DNA from: Eledone cirrhosa
Lineage: Eukaryota
Length of the DNA: 64,000 nt
Direction of reading: 5' to 3'
Assembly: GCA_964016885.1 (NCBI GenBank)
Contig: OZ024755.1
Location: 14,756,001 to 14,820,000 of the forward strand
The notes under the pieces are model-generated. The model saw nothing but the letters and a program-made list of their open reading frames with translations. It was not told where the DNA came from and did no database searches. Shown piece after piece: positions 31,312 through 45,540 of this stretch. How positions within the stretch are numbered: position 1 is the first letter of the stretch; each line of letters begins with the position of its first letter. The translations under genes and the position numbers were made by a program.

Positions 31312-32624
31312 TAGTAATGAATCGAAGTTGTAGCTGCCATATAACAGGTACTAATCGAGTTGTTTGAGGCAATCACAAATATATATATATAATTCATATA
31401 TATATATACCTATATATATATGTTTATATATATATATATATATGTGTGTGTATATAAATTTGTGTGCGTGGACGTCGCTTTTCCCTACTCCATTCTCTAT
31501 TCAGTAAACTAGTTTCTTCCTTTACACCACCACCACCACCACCTTCTTCAGAATTTATTTATTTAGCCGAAATCCTCCTCTCTTTCTTTCATTCAGTCAC
31601 TCTCTCTCTTTCTCTCTCTTTCTCTCTCTTATATATATATATATATATATATATATAATGTTCCCATTCTACTTGTACGACATCGGAATTTTCTCCTTTA
31701 CCTTCTCTTAAAACACTTATTCACATCAAACTACATGCTTGAACATCTCATTTTTCTTCTAACTTCACACTCTACCTTTTCCTCTCCACCGGCCCTCGTT
31801 CTATCAACATTCACACACACAGACACGCTTTTTCTCTATCTCTGTCTTTCCCCATTTCAAACTACACTGCGATCTTTCCACTCATCTCTTTCCCCTATTC
31901 TCCTATTTTCGTCTCCTTCTCTCTCACTCACACTCCCTCTCTCTCTCACTCTCTATCTCTCTCTCACTCTCTATCTCTCTCTCACTCTCTATCTCTCTCT
32001 CTCTTGCTACCCTTTCCAGTACTATTAACTCTTCACTCTATTTCAACATTACACTTTCTATTCTCTTTCGTCCCACCCATTTCACATTCTGACCCCCCCC
32101 CCCGCACCTCATCTTTCTCTTTTTGGCTCTGTATTGTTGCTTCAATTACTTCACCCTTTTAAATACAGTTAGACCTTTACAACTTTATTGTTAACTTTTG
32201 GCCTTTTCCCCGCTTATATTGTTGAAATTATTTAAAGGACACTATGACAAATGCGGATCGATAATTTTACCTTGGTTGCTATGCTTGTATTTCACAGAGT
32301 ACCTCTCTTGTATATACATGTATATATATATATATATATATTCAAATAAGCATACATACACACCCACACACTCACACCCACACATATATATATATATTTA
32401 TTTATTTATTTGTGTGTGTCCGTTTCTGCATTTGTGTACGCTTTTGTGTATGAATGTATAATATATACCTATCTACATTTATTGATGTGTATCTGTGTAT
32501 GCTTCTCTACACTTTGTGTTACAATCTACATCTGTAAAGATATATTAGATGAATGTGCCTCTGACTGAAAAATGGTATGAGTTTGTGTATGTAACCGTAA
32601 GTGCTTGGTTTAAATATGTTCCTA

Positions 32625-32691
<67 letters not shown>

Positions 32692-34233
32692 TCTATGTAT
32701 GTATGTAAAAGATGAACAGAAATAACACTATCTGTACAGTATATGGAAGGGATATATTAAGTGTGCATGTTATTTTCCTCCAACATGGCGTCTGTCGATT
32801 ATTTGGAGTTTGTTTCTTACTCAAATATCTGTCCAGCTAATTCCAGTTTCAAATATTCTTGAAACAGAAACATTACGTCACTCCCACTATTCTTATACTC
32901 TGTTTCTCTTTAACCTCCTCTCTCCCATTCTCCCTCCATCTCTCTCTCTATCTATCTATCTTTCTCCATCTCTCTCTCTATCTATCTATCTTTCTCTGTG
33001 TGTGCGTATATATATATATGTATGTGTGTGTGTGTGTGTGTTATTTTGTATGTTTATTGCTTTCCATTACTCTTTTTATCTGAACTCATTTCTCGTATTA
33101 CCCCCCCCCCTCTCTCTCTCTCTCTCTCACTCTCTCCTTTTCATTATTTCTCTCTCTCACACGCATACGTATATGCCGCTCACTTACTCTCTGTCATTCT
33201 TACGTGCTCTGCTTGTCACTCTCTGTTTCTAATTCAAGCCTCGTGTTGCTTTTCAATAAATCACCCTTTTGCCCTTTGCCATTCTTAAAATGTCTACACT
33301 GTTTCGCCTTGTCAATTCTCTTTCTTAACTCATTTTCCACAAACTCCCGTCACCTTCCCATTCCTACCTCCTAATTTAATAATGCCAAACCTACTACACA
33401 CACTTCAATATCTTGAAATTAACGGAACATAATCCCTCGCCTCCTATCTGTCATGGCGGCCATGAAGAACTCGTTCCACACTGGTAAATAACACAGCTGA
33501 GAAAACAAGTCGATTAAGTCAAACACAACGGCTATTTCACAATATCCTGGGAAATGATCTCAAATTTCAAATTGCATTCCGTATTTATTCAGTTTGTGTT
33601 GCTTTATCTCTCTATTTTCTCATCATTCTCTCATTTGAGTTTTCTTCTTATATTACTTTTTTACATTTATTTATATTTGCTTTAATTAGATTTCTATGTT
33701 TTGCTTTTTATTTATTCGTAACGTTTGATTCTTTCGTGTTTTTCACTGTTTCATTAACATATTTGTCTTCCATCTTCACTCCCTCCTACAATCCGTTTTG
33801 TTATCTGGGAACATCGATCGTTGTTACCATTAAAACCGCTGCCACCAAACATTATAATGTTTCACTGCTGCAATGACAACATTTTTGTAAATTTCTTTCC
33901 TTCTTTTACTGTTTTTAATTTTATTCTTTTATTGCTGCCATTATTGCCAATAACCACTTCTATAAATGATGTTACATTGCTTGACCGATAAGCGGTTGAG
34001 TTACAACTCTGATGTGGGTTTGTAAGAATCTTCATTGGACGATGTTATTATGATCTTAGGTTTCAAACAAGTTTCGAACATACATATTTTAGTGTTGATT
34101 GGTTGGTATTGCTATAAAGATAGAAATATTTTAATGGTGTTAATGATCACCTTTGAAAAGACAAAAATGTGTACTATATATATATAGTACACATATATAG
34201 TACACACACGCGCATACATACATACATACATAC

Positions 34234-34529
34234 AAATTACAAGTACAATCCATTAATGGAACAGTAAAAATATGTAAAATATTCCAAAAGTTTTGCATCT
34301 ATTAACTGCATATGCACATGTACAAATACAATGCATATACACATGCACACATACAACTCAAAACATACACATCCACACATACAATAATATCCATATCTAC
34401 ACATACATGAATACATACATATCTACCTAGTTGATGTTGTGTAAATTCCAATGAGAGAGTCTTGTGTCTATGTTAGAAACCGACTCTCTCTCTATTGGTA
34501 AAATTTGTGAAATTATAAAACCAGAAGAA
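34234..34529 (+). mobile_element. Short 5'-truncated copy of the R4/Dong-like LINE (ORF end + 3' UTR)
   Basis: High identity to 35144-35432; flanked by (TACA)n. Confidence 0.85.
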
Positions 34530-34541
34530 TATACATACATA

Positions 34542-35432
34542 GATTTTGCAATCCAGGAACAGGAGATTAACACGAAATACCTGATTCACAAAAGAGATAG
34601 GGATGCAGGCAAAACACCTAGATGTGATAACAAGTGCAGACTCTGCAGAACTAACATCGAGGATATCACCCATGTCATCAGCAGCTGTCCAAAGATGTCA
34701 TCGCGGTACTATCTACCTATGAGGCATGATGTAGTGGCCAAAACACTGTACGATGCAGTTCGTAAAAAAGATAGCCCCGATAATAAACACATTAAAAGCT
34801 ACATCCATGTACATAATATGAAAGAGTACTGGTGGAATGTTCCAGTAAAACCCCAATAAAATGCAGGCATAACAGACCAGATATTATGATATGGGACAGG
34901 GAGAAGAAAACATGCACAGTAGTGGAAATTAGCTGCCCAGCAGATTCCAATATAATATCAAAGATTAGTGAAAAGGAGAATATTTATGCATAACTGATGA
35001 GAAATCTGCAGACACTCCACCCTGATTACACCTTCAGATTTATGCCTGTGATTATTGGGGCACTGGGATATGTTAGTAACTGCCTCAATACAAATCTTGA
35101 GAAGCTAGGCTTCACAGGAACAGAAAGAACACAACTAGTTAGGAAATTACAAGTACAATCCATTAATGGAACAGTAAAAATATGTAAAACATTCCAAAAT
35201 GTTGCATCTAATAACTGCATATACACATGTACAGATACAAAGCATATACACATGTACAGGTACAAAGCATATACACATGCACACATACAATAACACCCAT
35301 ATCTACACATGCATACATACATATCTAACTAGTTGATGTTGTGTAAATTCCAATGAGAGAGTCTTGTGTCTATGTTAGAAACCGACTCTCTCTCTATTGG
35401 TAAAACTTTGTGAAATTATAAAACCAGAAGAA
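34542..35432 (+). mobile_element. 5'-truncated R4/Dong-clade non-LTR retrotransposon (CCHC knuckle + restriction-like endonuclease + 3' UTR), inactivated
   Basis: AIQEQEINTK...CRLC...EDITHVISSCP...RHD...YWW / HNRPDIMIWD...VVEISCP...EKENIY...PVIIGALG; frameshift ~34850 and stop ~34991; ends in (CA)n. Confidence 0.88.
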
Positions 35433-35444
35433 CACACACACACA

Positions 35445-35506
<62 letters not shown>

Positions 35507-35587
35507 TACACACATACTCACACACACACACACACACAGCAAAATATGTCAGCTCTGTAGAGAGGTCGTTAAAAATGTATGTGTGAG

Positions 35588-35745
35588 GGCGCGCCGGATT
35601 AGCAAAATTGTTAGAACGTTGGGAAAATGCTTACCGGCATTTAGTTACTACGTTCAAATATCACATCCCACTGAGGTCAATACAATAGTGTACCATTTAA
35701 GTAGTTAGGCCGATATAATCGATTTTACCCTTCCCCAAATCGTAG
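35588..35745 (+). mobile_element. Degraded SINE
   Basis: ggcgcgccggattagcaaaattgttag...gttcaaat...gaggtcaa resembles the SINE head. Confidence 0.5.
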
Positions 35746-37055
35746 CTGAGGGATTAAGAAATTCCTCTGGCAATCAGGAGGTCTCATATTGGATTTCATT
35801 ATGTCGAAGTTCGTTGGTCTCAACATTGAGATATAGTAGTTCACGCTTAGGCCTGAGGATTAGCTAAAATGTATACATGTATTCGGAATACTCAGCTATT
35901 TACACATTCATTTTCACGAGTAAGACGTTTGTTTATCAAACAATTTAATGTTCATCGTCGACACTAACTGATATTCGTTATTTACGTACATAAAATAAAA
36001 TAGCTACTGAACGCAATCATTGTGATATAATGGGGGTTCATTTCTAATATATTAACAATGACTTTATGCTTGCAGAAGACTGCTTCATCACAAAATCATT
36101 TCATTCCTTGAACTATGGTAGGAACACACATTTATCTTAGAATTAGACTAAATACCTAGCAAACCTCACATAAAATTACGGTAAAAGTTTTTCGATAAAT
36201 ATAAACATTTAAAAACTTTTTTGTATGATAGAATCGGGAGCAATTTTGAACGGTTTGTTATCAAAACTTTTAAGGTGTTTAGTCAAATGTGAAATACACA
36301 GTATATGCATTAATGTCATACAATAATATACGACTTTTTTGAATATCAAATGAAAAATGATGGTTTTATATTCGACTGTCGATCATCAACGTTAAGAAAG
36401 GAAACGTACCCAGATACATAAATGAGTCAATCCTTTTAAATGTCAGAGAATATACATAATGTTGGCACTGACAATATTACTGAAACTCATACGGTAACAA
36501 GGCGTGTTAGTCCCTTAATGCTGGTAGTAAGCTAATATTGACTGTGAACTAAAAACTATTAGATGTCATTGATCTTTTTCCGAAGTGGAATTAATCACCT
36601 AATGCGAGTTATGACATGTGGTATTTGCAGTGACATAGAGTTTGCCGGAATAATAATAAAAAAATAATATACATATTGACATAGGATCAATGTTAACATC
36701 ATGTCACCCGATTTAATTGGTGAATTAATAAATACACTATTCCTCTCAATTCTATTGTGGACCACACACCGAAGTAGATGTAAGACTCTGTTAGTGTTTT
36801 TACCTAAAGACATATCAGTAAATTATGAATAGATCAGATGACCTTTAAAGGGTAATGATCTTGGAATGACGCTTCTATGAAAATCTAGCTAGAATAACAT
36901 ATCATAATGATAGTTATGTTAACTCAGGGACTGATACAAACACACGTACATAGAAACACATATACACAAATATAAGGCAGACATATGGACCCACATACAA
37001 ACAGACACACATACAGAGAGAGAAGCTGGCAGACAAATGCGCACACGCACATATT

Positions 37056-37142
<87 letters not shown>

Positions 37143-37295
37143 TTGCTACAATCGGGATATACCACCAGTGATGAAATATTTAACATCGATATCTAGCAGG
37201 TTGTCCAATGCTATGTCGGATCTAACACCTACTTCCAATAAATCACTTAGATTAGTAAAGAGCCAAGGTAGACACAAACGCATATACACACATAT

Positions 37296-37338
<43 letters not shown>

Positions 37339-37562
37339 TTTATTATGGGTAAATGGTGAGTCCTGTTACTGCGCACTCAGAGTATCATCACTAAACTTAT
37401 ATGTCATCTATTATATTTCATATACAACTCACCATGTGTATTTATATATATATATATATATATATTTACATACTGTTGTTCAAGTTAGGTAGAAATATCC
37501 ACGGTTTAGAGCACTCAAACCACAGGACGAGGGTTAGGTAGCCATCATTATTTATATAACAC

Positions 37563-37885
37563 CCCGTTGAATTGGCAGTATCGGTAGAGGGTCGGACCCC
37601 ATGCTTTGACGCATAGAGTCACGGCCCTTGCTATTATGAGTTCAAATCCCACCGAGGTTAACTTTGCCTTTCATCCTTACGGGGTCGATAAAATAAAGTA
37701 CCAGTAATGTACTGGATAATTGCTGGCCTTGTGCCAAAAGTAGAAACAATCATTTATATAACGCCCCTTTACAGTTAGAGTTCAAATCTCACCAAGGTTA
37801 ACTTTGCCTTTCATCCTTATGGGGTCGATAAAATAACGTACAAGCACTGGGATAATTGGTGGTCTGGTGCCAAAAATAGAAACAA
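37563..37885 (+). mobile_element. SINE tandem (full copy 37563-37750, partial copy 37775-37885)
   Basis: Matches 46017-46203; ttatataac is repeated before, between and after the copies (TSD-like). Confidence 0.88.
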
Positions 37886-37896
37886 TTAATTATATA

Positions 37897-37970
37897 ACAG
37901 TCTGAATGAGTTGGGATGTATAACCCAACGAAACTTTAATACCTGTATATGTCACTATTGTAACTAATCA
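37897..37970 (+). ncRNA. Hammerhead-like motif plus ~30-nt tail ending at (CA)n
   Basis: CTGAATGA gttggg-atgtataa-cccaac GAAAC: perfect 6-bp stem II, one extra nt in the core. The 31108 homologue supplies GAAAC-TTAA-GTA. Confidence 0.5.
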
Positions 37971-38404
37971 CACACACACGCACGCACGGGTTGTATATGT
38001 GCATAGTATATTGTATATATACGTGTATGTATGCATCTGCCAGAGGAACGATATCTCTCATCATATATAGATGAGTGCTCTATAAATTAATGGTATTGCC
38101 CAATGTGAGATAATCAATATTTAACTGAACTTAATAGACTGAGTTGTGTGTAATGGCTGAAAATTTGTATCCCAAGAAAAAATTCTTTTTTTTTCCACGA
38201 TACACAGTGTTGTAACTTTTGGAAGACTAATGTTACTTCCAGTTCTTACTTAGGGACTAATAAAATACTGCATAATATACATATTCTAATTTAACGATAT
38301 CTTATGCCTCCCCCATCATTAATAAAGACCCTGAAATGTGGCATGTTCACTGCCCCGCCCTTCTTCATGAAACAGTATATACATAAATATATATATATAT
38401 ATAT

Positions 38405-38515
38405 AGTGGGTAATAGGAAAAAGTTAAACTTTTTCCTATTACCCACTCTACTACCCTAAGTTTTGAGTACTCTGGTGCGTTATGGTCTATCTGGTTCCTT
38501 ACCACACCTCCTTCG

Positions 38516-38516
<1 letters not shown>
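38405..38516 (+). mobile_element. Mini fold-back element in (TA)n: perfect 21-bp arms 38405-38425 / 38427-38447, tail 38448-38516
   Basis: agtgggtaataggaaaaagtt-a-aactttttcctattacccact; tgagtactct at 38464-38473. Confidence 0.7.
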
Positions 38517-38574
<58 letters not shown>

Positions 38575-38756
38575 GAATATTTTTGAAACAGCCAGTGGGT
38601 TTGAAATTATTAGAAATGTAAGCTATCGCCGTATTTTGACTAAAGAAATTATTTAGCCTGATAGTGGGGTTAAGAACCCTCGGAGAAAATGGAAAAAAGA
38701 TGAGTATTGACGTACATTGACGTGTATATATATATATCTTATACACACACACACAT

Positions 38757-38816
<60 letters not shown>

Positions 38817-41800
38817 ATAAGATATATATATATATATACATACATACACGTATATTTATATATATATGTGTGTGTGTGTACATATACCCCCCCCCCCCTA
38901 CATATATGCCTTGAATATTCCACTTTCAACTAAGTGCTTTTTGACTAATATATCCGATATCACGTTGATGACTTTGTGGCATTATACGATATTATGTAGC
39001 ATACATATAATATACAATAACTGCGTTTATATTAGATAAATAACGACAGAGACTTTTAGAATGTGTCGTTTGATATTAAAACAAAATAACAGTCGATATG
39101 AATATTATAACAATAAACGATTGTACGTCTAAAACAACAATAACTGGCTGGAATAGAAAGGACACTGGCTCTGATACAAGAACGGAACAAATATAAATCG
39201 AAAAACAAGAAAAAAAGAAACAAAAACAAAACAAATACATAAAATCTGAAGAGAACACAACTCATTATTAAACAGACGCAACGATATTATGGCAGCTGGT
39301 AGAATGAGAGACAAAATATTAGAATAAATATAATAAATTGTAAAAATAAAAGCTGGATAAAAACAAAGTGGAAAATATAGCAAATATAAAAAATCAAAAG
39401 CAAAGAAGAAATGACTGAAAAATATTAACAAAGAAATTTAATATATCATTAGATTGTAGGAATAGAGGAACGGAGGAAAAAATATCTAACAAAAAAATAT
39501 GATGGAAATAAAGAAAGAATTATTAAAGCGAAGAGATATGAATGTCGAGCGAGCAAGCTAGAAATGAGAGAATGCTTGCGAAAATAGTAGGTGCCAGCCA
39601 GGCGGGAAGGAATAGGAATGTTTGCGCGTCATTTCCTCACAGTTTCGTCACGTCACAACGTCTGGATAGTTCGGTATCGATTAAATGGAAGGTTTCATAA
39701 AGTAAGCCGCTTGGTGAGTGGCAGATCTGTGGTTGGTTGGTTGGTTGGATGATGGCGTTTGTGGTCATGCTGATGTTTTGTGGTGGCAGAGAGGTGGTTG
39801 CAATGGCGATACATGACATATGGTACTTAATGCATGTCCTATGTTCACTGACACTGACAAATTTTCTAAGTCTACAACATTGAATTAAATGGATTTATCT
39901 GTTTTTCGATGTCAGTTAAGTTAAATGTTACGTTTTGTGGATGGACATAATGAACAACTGACTACATTATGTCTGTGCCTTTATCTTGATGAATATTCAA
40001 CTATTAAAATAGTATAAAGAAACATTCAATAAAAATATACATAACTAACAGAGAGAAACCTGTTAGAAGACATATATATCTGATAAGGAAAACTAAAATC
40101 TCTAATTTATTCAGTTTAAGATTTATTTTATAGTTCACATTATATTTGTATTGTTTAATGGTTTTTTTTTTTATCTAACTTCATGAAAAGGTGTCGTCGT
40201 AATTTCATTGTGACAGAAAATAATTCCTTATTTCTAATCTTCTGTTGAAGTTATCAGTTGAAATGTGATAATTTATTTGTTTTTAGATTGAGGCATAGAT
40301 AATTTAAGCACATTGTTGTTTACTTAGAAACTCGTGATGTCATATATTTAATGTAGCTTCCAAAGATTTAATAATGGCAATCCCTTGTTTAGCAAGAGAG
40401 AGAATCAAATGGTTTGTTTTGTTTTCTCTTATCTCTCTTTGTATTTTTTCCATAACGTCTTAAAGCGTAATGTTTACTAAATCCATGTTGCCATATTTAC
40501 CAGTTGAATTCTGGAAAATCTTTCTGGAAAGATTTATCTATGGGCAAATTATTGAGTTAGTTTCGTCCATTGAACACAAAATAACAGACTCCTAGATATT
40601 TAAAGACGAAAAGGTGAGTGGACATGAAGTGGACATAAAGAAAATAAAGACAGGAAATATAGGCTAGACATATTTCAGTAAGGTTTTAGATTCAGATTGT
40701 TTTCTCTATAAAGAGAACGATAAATCGATTTTATTTTATATATTTATTTATTTATTGTTGGAAGGTTTTTACGATTTTGTGTCTTTGCATCGAACGTAAG
40801 GAAGGAAGAGAGCGGGAGAGGGGACAAAAGAAAGGCAGTGATAGAGATAGAGAGAGGGAGGAAGAAAAATGGAGAGAACGGAGAAGGATGATATACCTCA
40901 ATTAACTATCACAACATTTCAACAACATTTGTTTCGTACCAGCTTAAAACTCCAACTTCGTATTTAATTTTTAAATCAGGAAATGTTTAATTGTCTGAAA
41001 ATATGCCTCACATTTGAGCTCGCAGCCAGAGTTCCTTCACCGCTTTAAAACATTTAAGCAGGTGTGACTTAATTAAAAGAATGTCAAGTCTTCCTAATTC
41101 AAAGCATATTGCTTGTTGTGGAGAATTATATAGGTCGCTTAAAATTCCTTTCTGTTATTCGCAAAGGGTGTTTTCTATATTTAAGGTAGTAGGGTTTTAT
41201 TTGCTGAATATACGACTGTTATTTCTAGAATGTCTAGGTTCCTCCGCTGCCCTAGTTCTTTGTAAGAACACAGTGTGGCTAATCCACATTGCTGGATAAA
41301 AATGTTGCGAGGAATATTGAGTCTCAGATAACATATTGTAAAACGATTCGTAAATGTGGCCTCCCCCATCTGCATGCAAGTTTGCTATGTGGCATCTTTA
41401 GCAAGATTTAGTTTTAGAGCTTCGACTGACATAAATTCTAGGGAGGGATTATCTTCTGTAAAAGATATTTAATTGGTGAGAAATGTATAAAATTGTTAGA
41501 TATATATACAACAAAATCTAAAACATGTACGTATACAAATAGATTTGTCTGCATCACATTAAATGTTGCTTCTTCTGCGTCTCGACGAATATTATGATGA
41601 AGAATCATTGAAAATCCAGTTCATGTTGCAAGATGACTTTTTGCAGATGTCCAAGTCCATCTCGATCGCAATAATTATAGAAGTGGTTGTAGCATACAGG
41701 TCAATAGATGGTTGCACCGCTATATATTAGCCTATGAAACCATCAGAGAGCGAGCGGTATTACTTTCCGTTCCCATTCTATATGGTTTATAGTACCTATA

Positions 41801-42325
41801 AATTATGAATTATAATACCGGAGCTTTGGAATGCAGACTTATAACTAGTCTATATTTGCATCCAAATTGATATTTCATGTATTATTCCATGACACATATG
41901 TATATGTTACATACGAATAGTTAATAATTATATTGTTCTTATTAATTGAAAATAATTACGTAAGATGTCTCGTCTATTGAATTAAAATCATTATGATATG
42001 TACGAAACATGTTCATCATTGTTAATTGACAAATCTGGAATAAAATGGTGTTCTGCTCTATGCAGGGTTTACCATTAAGCGTAGACAACGTCAGCAATAT
42101 ATTTCAATATTTCAATAATAAGTTACGTAATTATATTGCAGAATTCTTATCTATAGGTTTCAGTCTTAATTGATGAAACTATCATTTCTTACATTTAATA
42201 TAATTGCATTTAATACTATTTTCAGCAATGGATGAATATTATTACATATATCTGAATACATAATATCTTACAATATGTATATATAAATACACATATACGT
42301 ACACAAATACACACACACACACACA

Positions 42326-42366
<41 letters not shown>

Positions 42367-42424
42367 CCATACATATATATATACATACATATATACATAT
42401 ATATATACATATATACATACATAT

Positions 42425-42458
<34 letters not shown>

Positions 42459-42583
42459 GTACATATATAAATACATACACATATTAGAGATTTATTAGTT
42501 CATTTGCTGAACAGAAATGTCAAATTCCATGTGGATACTGGATATTAAACAACAGATACTTCATTAAAATACAGTTGTATATG

Positions 42584-42617
<34 letters not shown>

Positions 42618-42623
<6 letters not shown>

Positions 42624-43036
42624 GTTTGTTTATGTATAATAAAGCCAAAACAATGCAGGTATGGAGATAGAATAACGAATGCAAATGAAAAAGATATTGT
42701 TGACAATTACTCTTTTACCTTAGATTTATTTAAATGTCCTTAATTTTCGAGATAATATCTCTTCTTCGGAGAGAAGTACATGTCCTTAATTTTCGAGATA
42801 ATATCTCTTCTTCAGAGGGAAGTAAAGCGGCTAAACCAGTGTTCTAAATAGCTTGCCAAGTCATTGACAATTAAGGACATTTAAATAAATCTAAGTAAAA
42901 GACTAATTGTCAACAATATCTTTTGCATTAGCATTCTTTATTCTATGTTCATACCTGCATTGTTTTGGCTTTATTATACATATACAAACGTTTATACCTC
43001 ATTACACAATGCTTCAAGTGAACTATAACTTCCTCC

Positions 43037-43037
<1 letters not shown>
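42618..43037 (+). mobile_element. Non-coding fold-back relative of the 18003-20554 PLE (pseudo-LTR only), in (TA)n
   Basis: Left arm is homologous to 18044-18250. Right arm 42869-42998 is its inverse and continues into the tail cattacacaatgcttcaagtgaactataact, the reverse complement of 18010-18040. Confidence 0.9.
42738..42818 (-). ncRNA. Tandem pair of minimal hammerhead motifs (46-bp unit)
   Basis: Two copies of cct C(T/C)GAAGA a gagatattatctc GAAAATTA agg; the 42784-42818 copy has the canonical CTGAAGA core. Confidence 0.6.
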
Positions 43038-43097
<60 letters not shown>

Positions 43098-44419
43098 TGT
43101 GTGTAGATTTAATAACATTATCAATGAAGGGTGAATAACATACTTGTAGTAGGCATGGAGTGACGAACGAAATCATTAGATTTAGTGACTAGAATTCTGA
43201 TTTTACATTTGATTTTCCCATCCTCTACAGTTTGGAGAATGTCTGGAAGTTATGTTTATTATATGGGTAGTATGTAACCCAGAGTACAAATGTAAATATT
43301 TTGCTGGGCGTGGACGGCCAAAGTCATATGCTAGTCTAATTTCCAAATGCCACGGTCACTCATATCCAGCTGAAAGACTCGATGCAGCGTGAAACGAAAT
43401 GTGTACTTTGGCCAATGGCACCAGGTCCAGGAGCAACTTGATGCATGTTTTGGCACGGAATAATCTCCTTTTAAAGCCAGTTTAGAGAAATGGATGAAAA
43501 CAGTGGAAAATCTCAAGACAATATCTGAGGATGATTTGGAGGTCCTGAAAGATATCAAACAGATGCTACAGATCTGCTACCCATCTTCAATGAATACATA
43601 CCGGTTCCATCAAGATGAATTGAACCTTTATACTTCCAATAAATCGGGAGAATGGTTGAAAGATAAATTTGGAAATTGTGTCAACATTTGGAAGACTGAT
43701 TTTGAAGGATAAAGTATATGTTAACAAATACAGGACCATCACTAAAATAAGGGAAATATCAGGGAGATCAGAGCCATCCCCTACTCATTCGTGTTTAAAA
43801 TATTTTACGACAAATAGTTTCCGTGTAAGACTCACGATGATGAGGTAGATATGTCGAAGAACAAAATCAATCCCGATGTTATTCTCTTGATCAGAGGAGT
43901 TCGTTTAACGTTACCGCATTCCATTTCGATGATAATATGTACCACTAGCAATACATTCTTAATGGAATTGGTCTGTTGTGAGTCTGAGAAGTTGAATTGT
44001 TTGATAAAAGGTATAGTCTGATTGGGAAGCCAACATGCAAGTAGCCCAGCTTTCCGTACGCTCAAATTTACTTCACATAATTTCCTGGGAGATACAGAAT
44101 TCCATATTATTTAACAAACTTGGACCATTGAATTAAAGGTGCAAGTCCAAAAGATGGACTTCCAAAAAGGTTTTTCTACCAAATTACACAAACAAAGCTT
44201 AGGTCACAATCCTTGGTAATGAAATTGGATATAGAATAGTCAAAGATTCAACGGGTGGGAGGATGCAAAGACATATGTTAGCGAACCTTAACAGTTCGAA
44301 TTTGAGGAGTTCACGATGATATACATTATATATGTGTATACTCTATTGTAGTGGCAATTATTTAGCAACTACCACTCTGAACTATTGACATTTCAACAGG
44401 CTCCCAAGTTGCCTATACA

Positions 44420-44475
<56 letters not shown>

Positions 44476-44639
44476 TGATTGTAAACATTGATTATTCTAA
44501 CTACTTCCCTATAATATTGTATAATAATGGAAAAGAGTGGAGGCAGATAAATGCTTCTGTTCCCTCGATAATGAGTATCACACCATTATCCATTAAACAC
44601 TGATTAATATGCAATCCCTTCAATAAACTGTGTGTGTGT

Positions 44640-44995
<356 letters not shown>

Positions 44996-45159
44996 CCGAT
45001 ATTTGATATCTTCTGTGTGATAGAGGAAGTAAATTTCAATCTGAATTAATTGATATTAAGTGTTCCTATTTTCCATATTTTTCACCTTGACCAGTCATAT
45101 TGCATTCCATCTGCTTACAGAGACATTCTCCTCGTTAGCAAGCTTTTCCCCGAGTTTCA

Positions 45160-45540
45160 ATCTCTCTCTCTCTCTCTCTCTCTCTCCCTCCCTCCCTCCC
45201 TCCCTATCTCTCTCCCTCCCTCCCTATCTCTCTCCCTCCCTCCCTATCTCTCTCACTCCCTCCCTATCTCTCTCACTCCCTCTCTCTCTCTCACTCCCTC
45301 TCTCTCTCCCTCCCTCTCACTCCCTCCCTCTCTCTCTCCCTCCCCCTCTCTCTCCCTCCCTCTCTCACTCCCTCCCTCTCTCACTTACTCCCTCTCTCAC
45401 TCCCTCCCTCTCTCACTCACTCCCTCTCTCACTCACTTCCTCTCACTCACTCCCTCTCTCTCTCACTCACTCCTCTCACTCACTCACTCCCTCTCTCACT
45501 CACTACCTCTCACTCTCTCACTCACTCCCCCTCTCACTCT
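45160..45540. repeat. Polypyrimidine (ctcactccct/ct) low-complexity tract
   Basis: Direct inspection. Confidence 0.92.
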
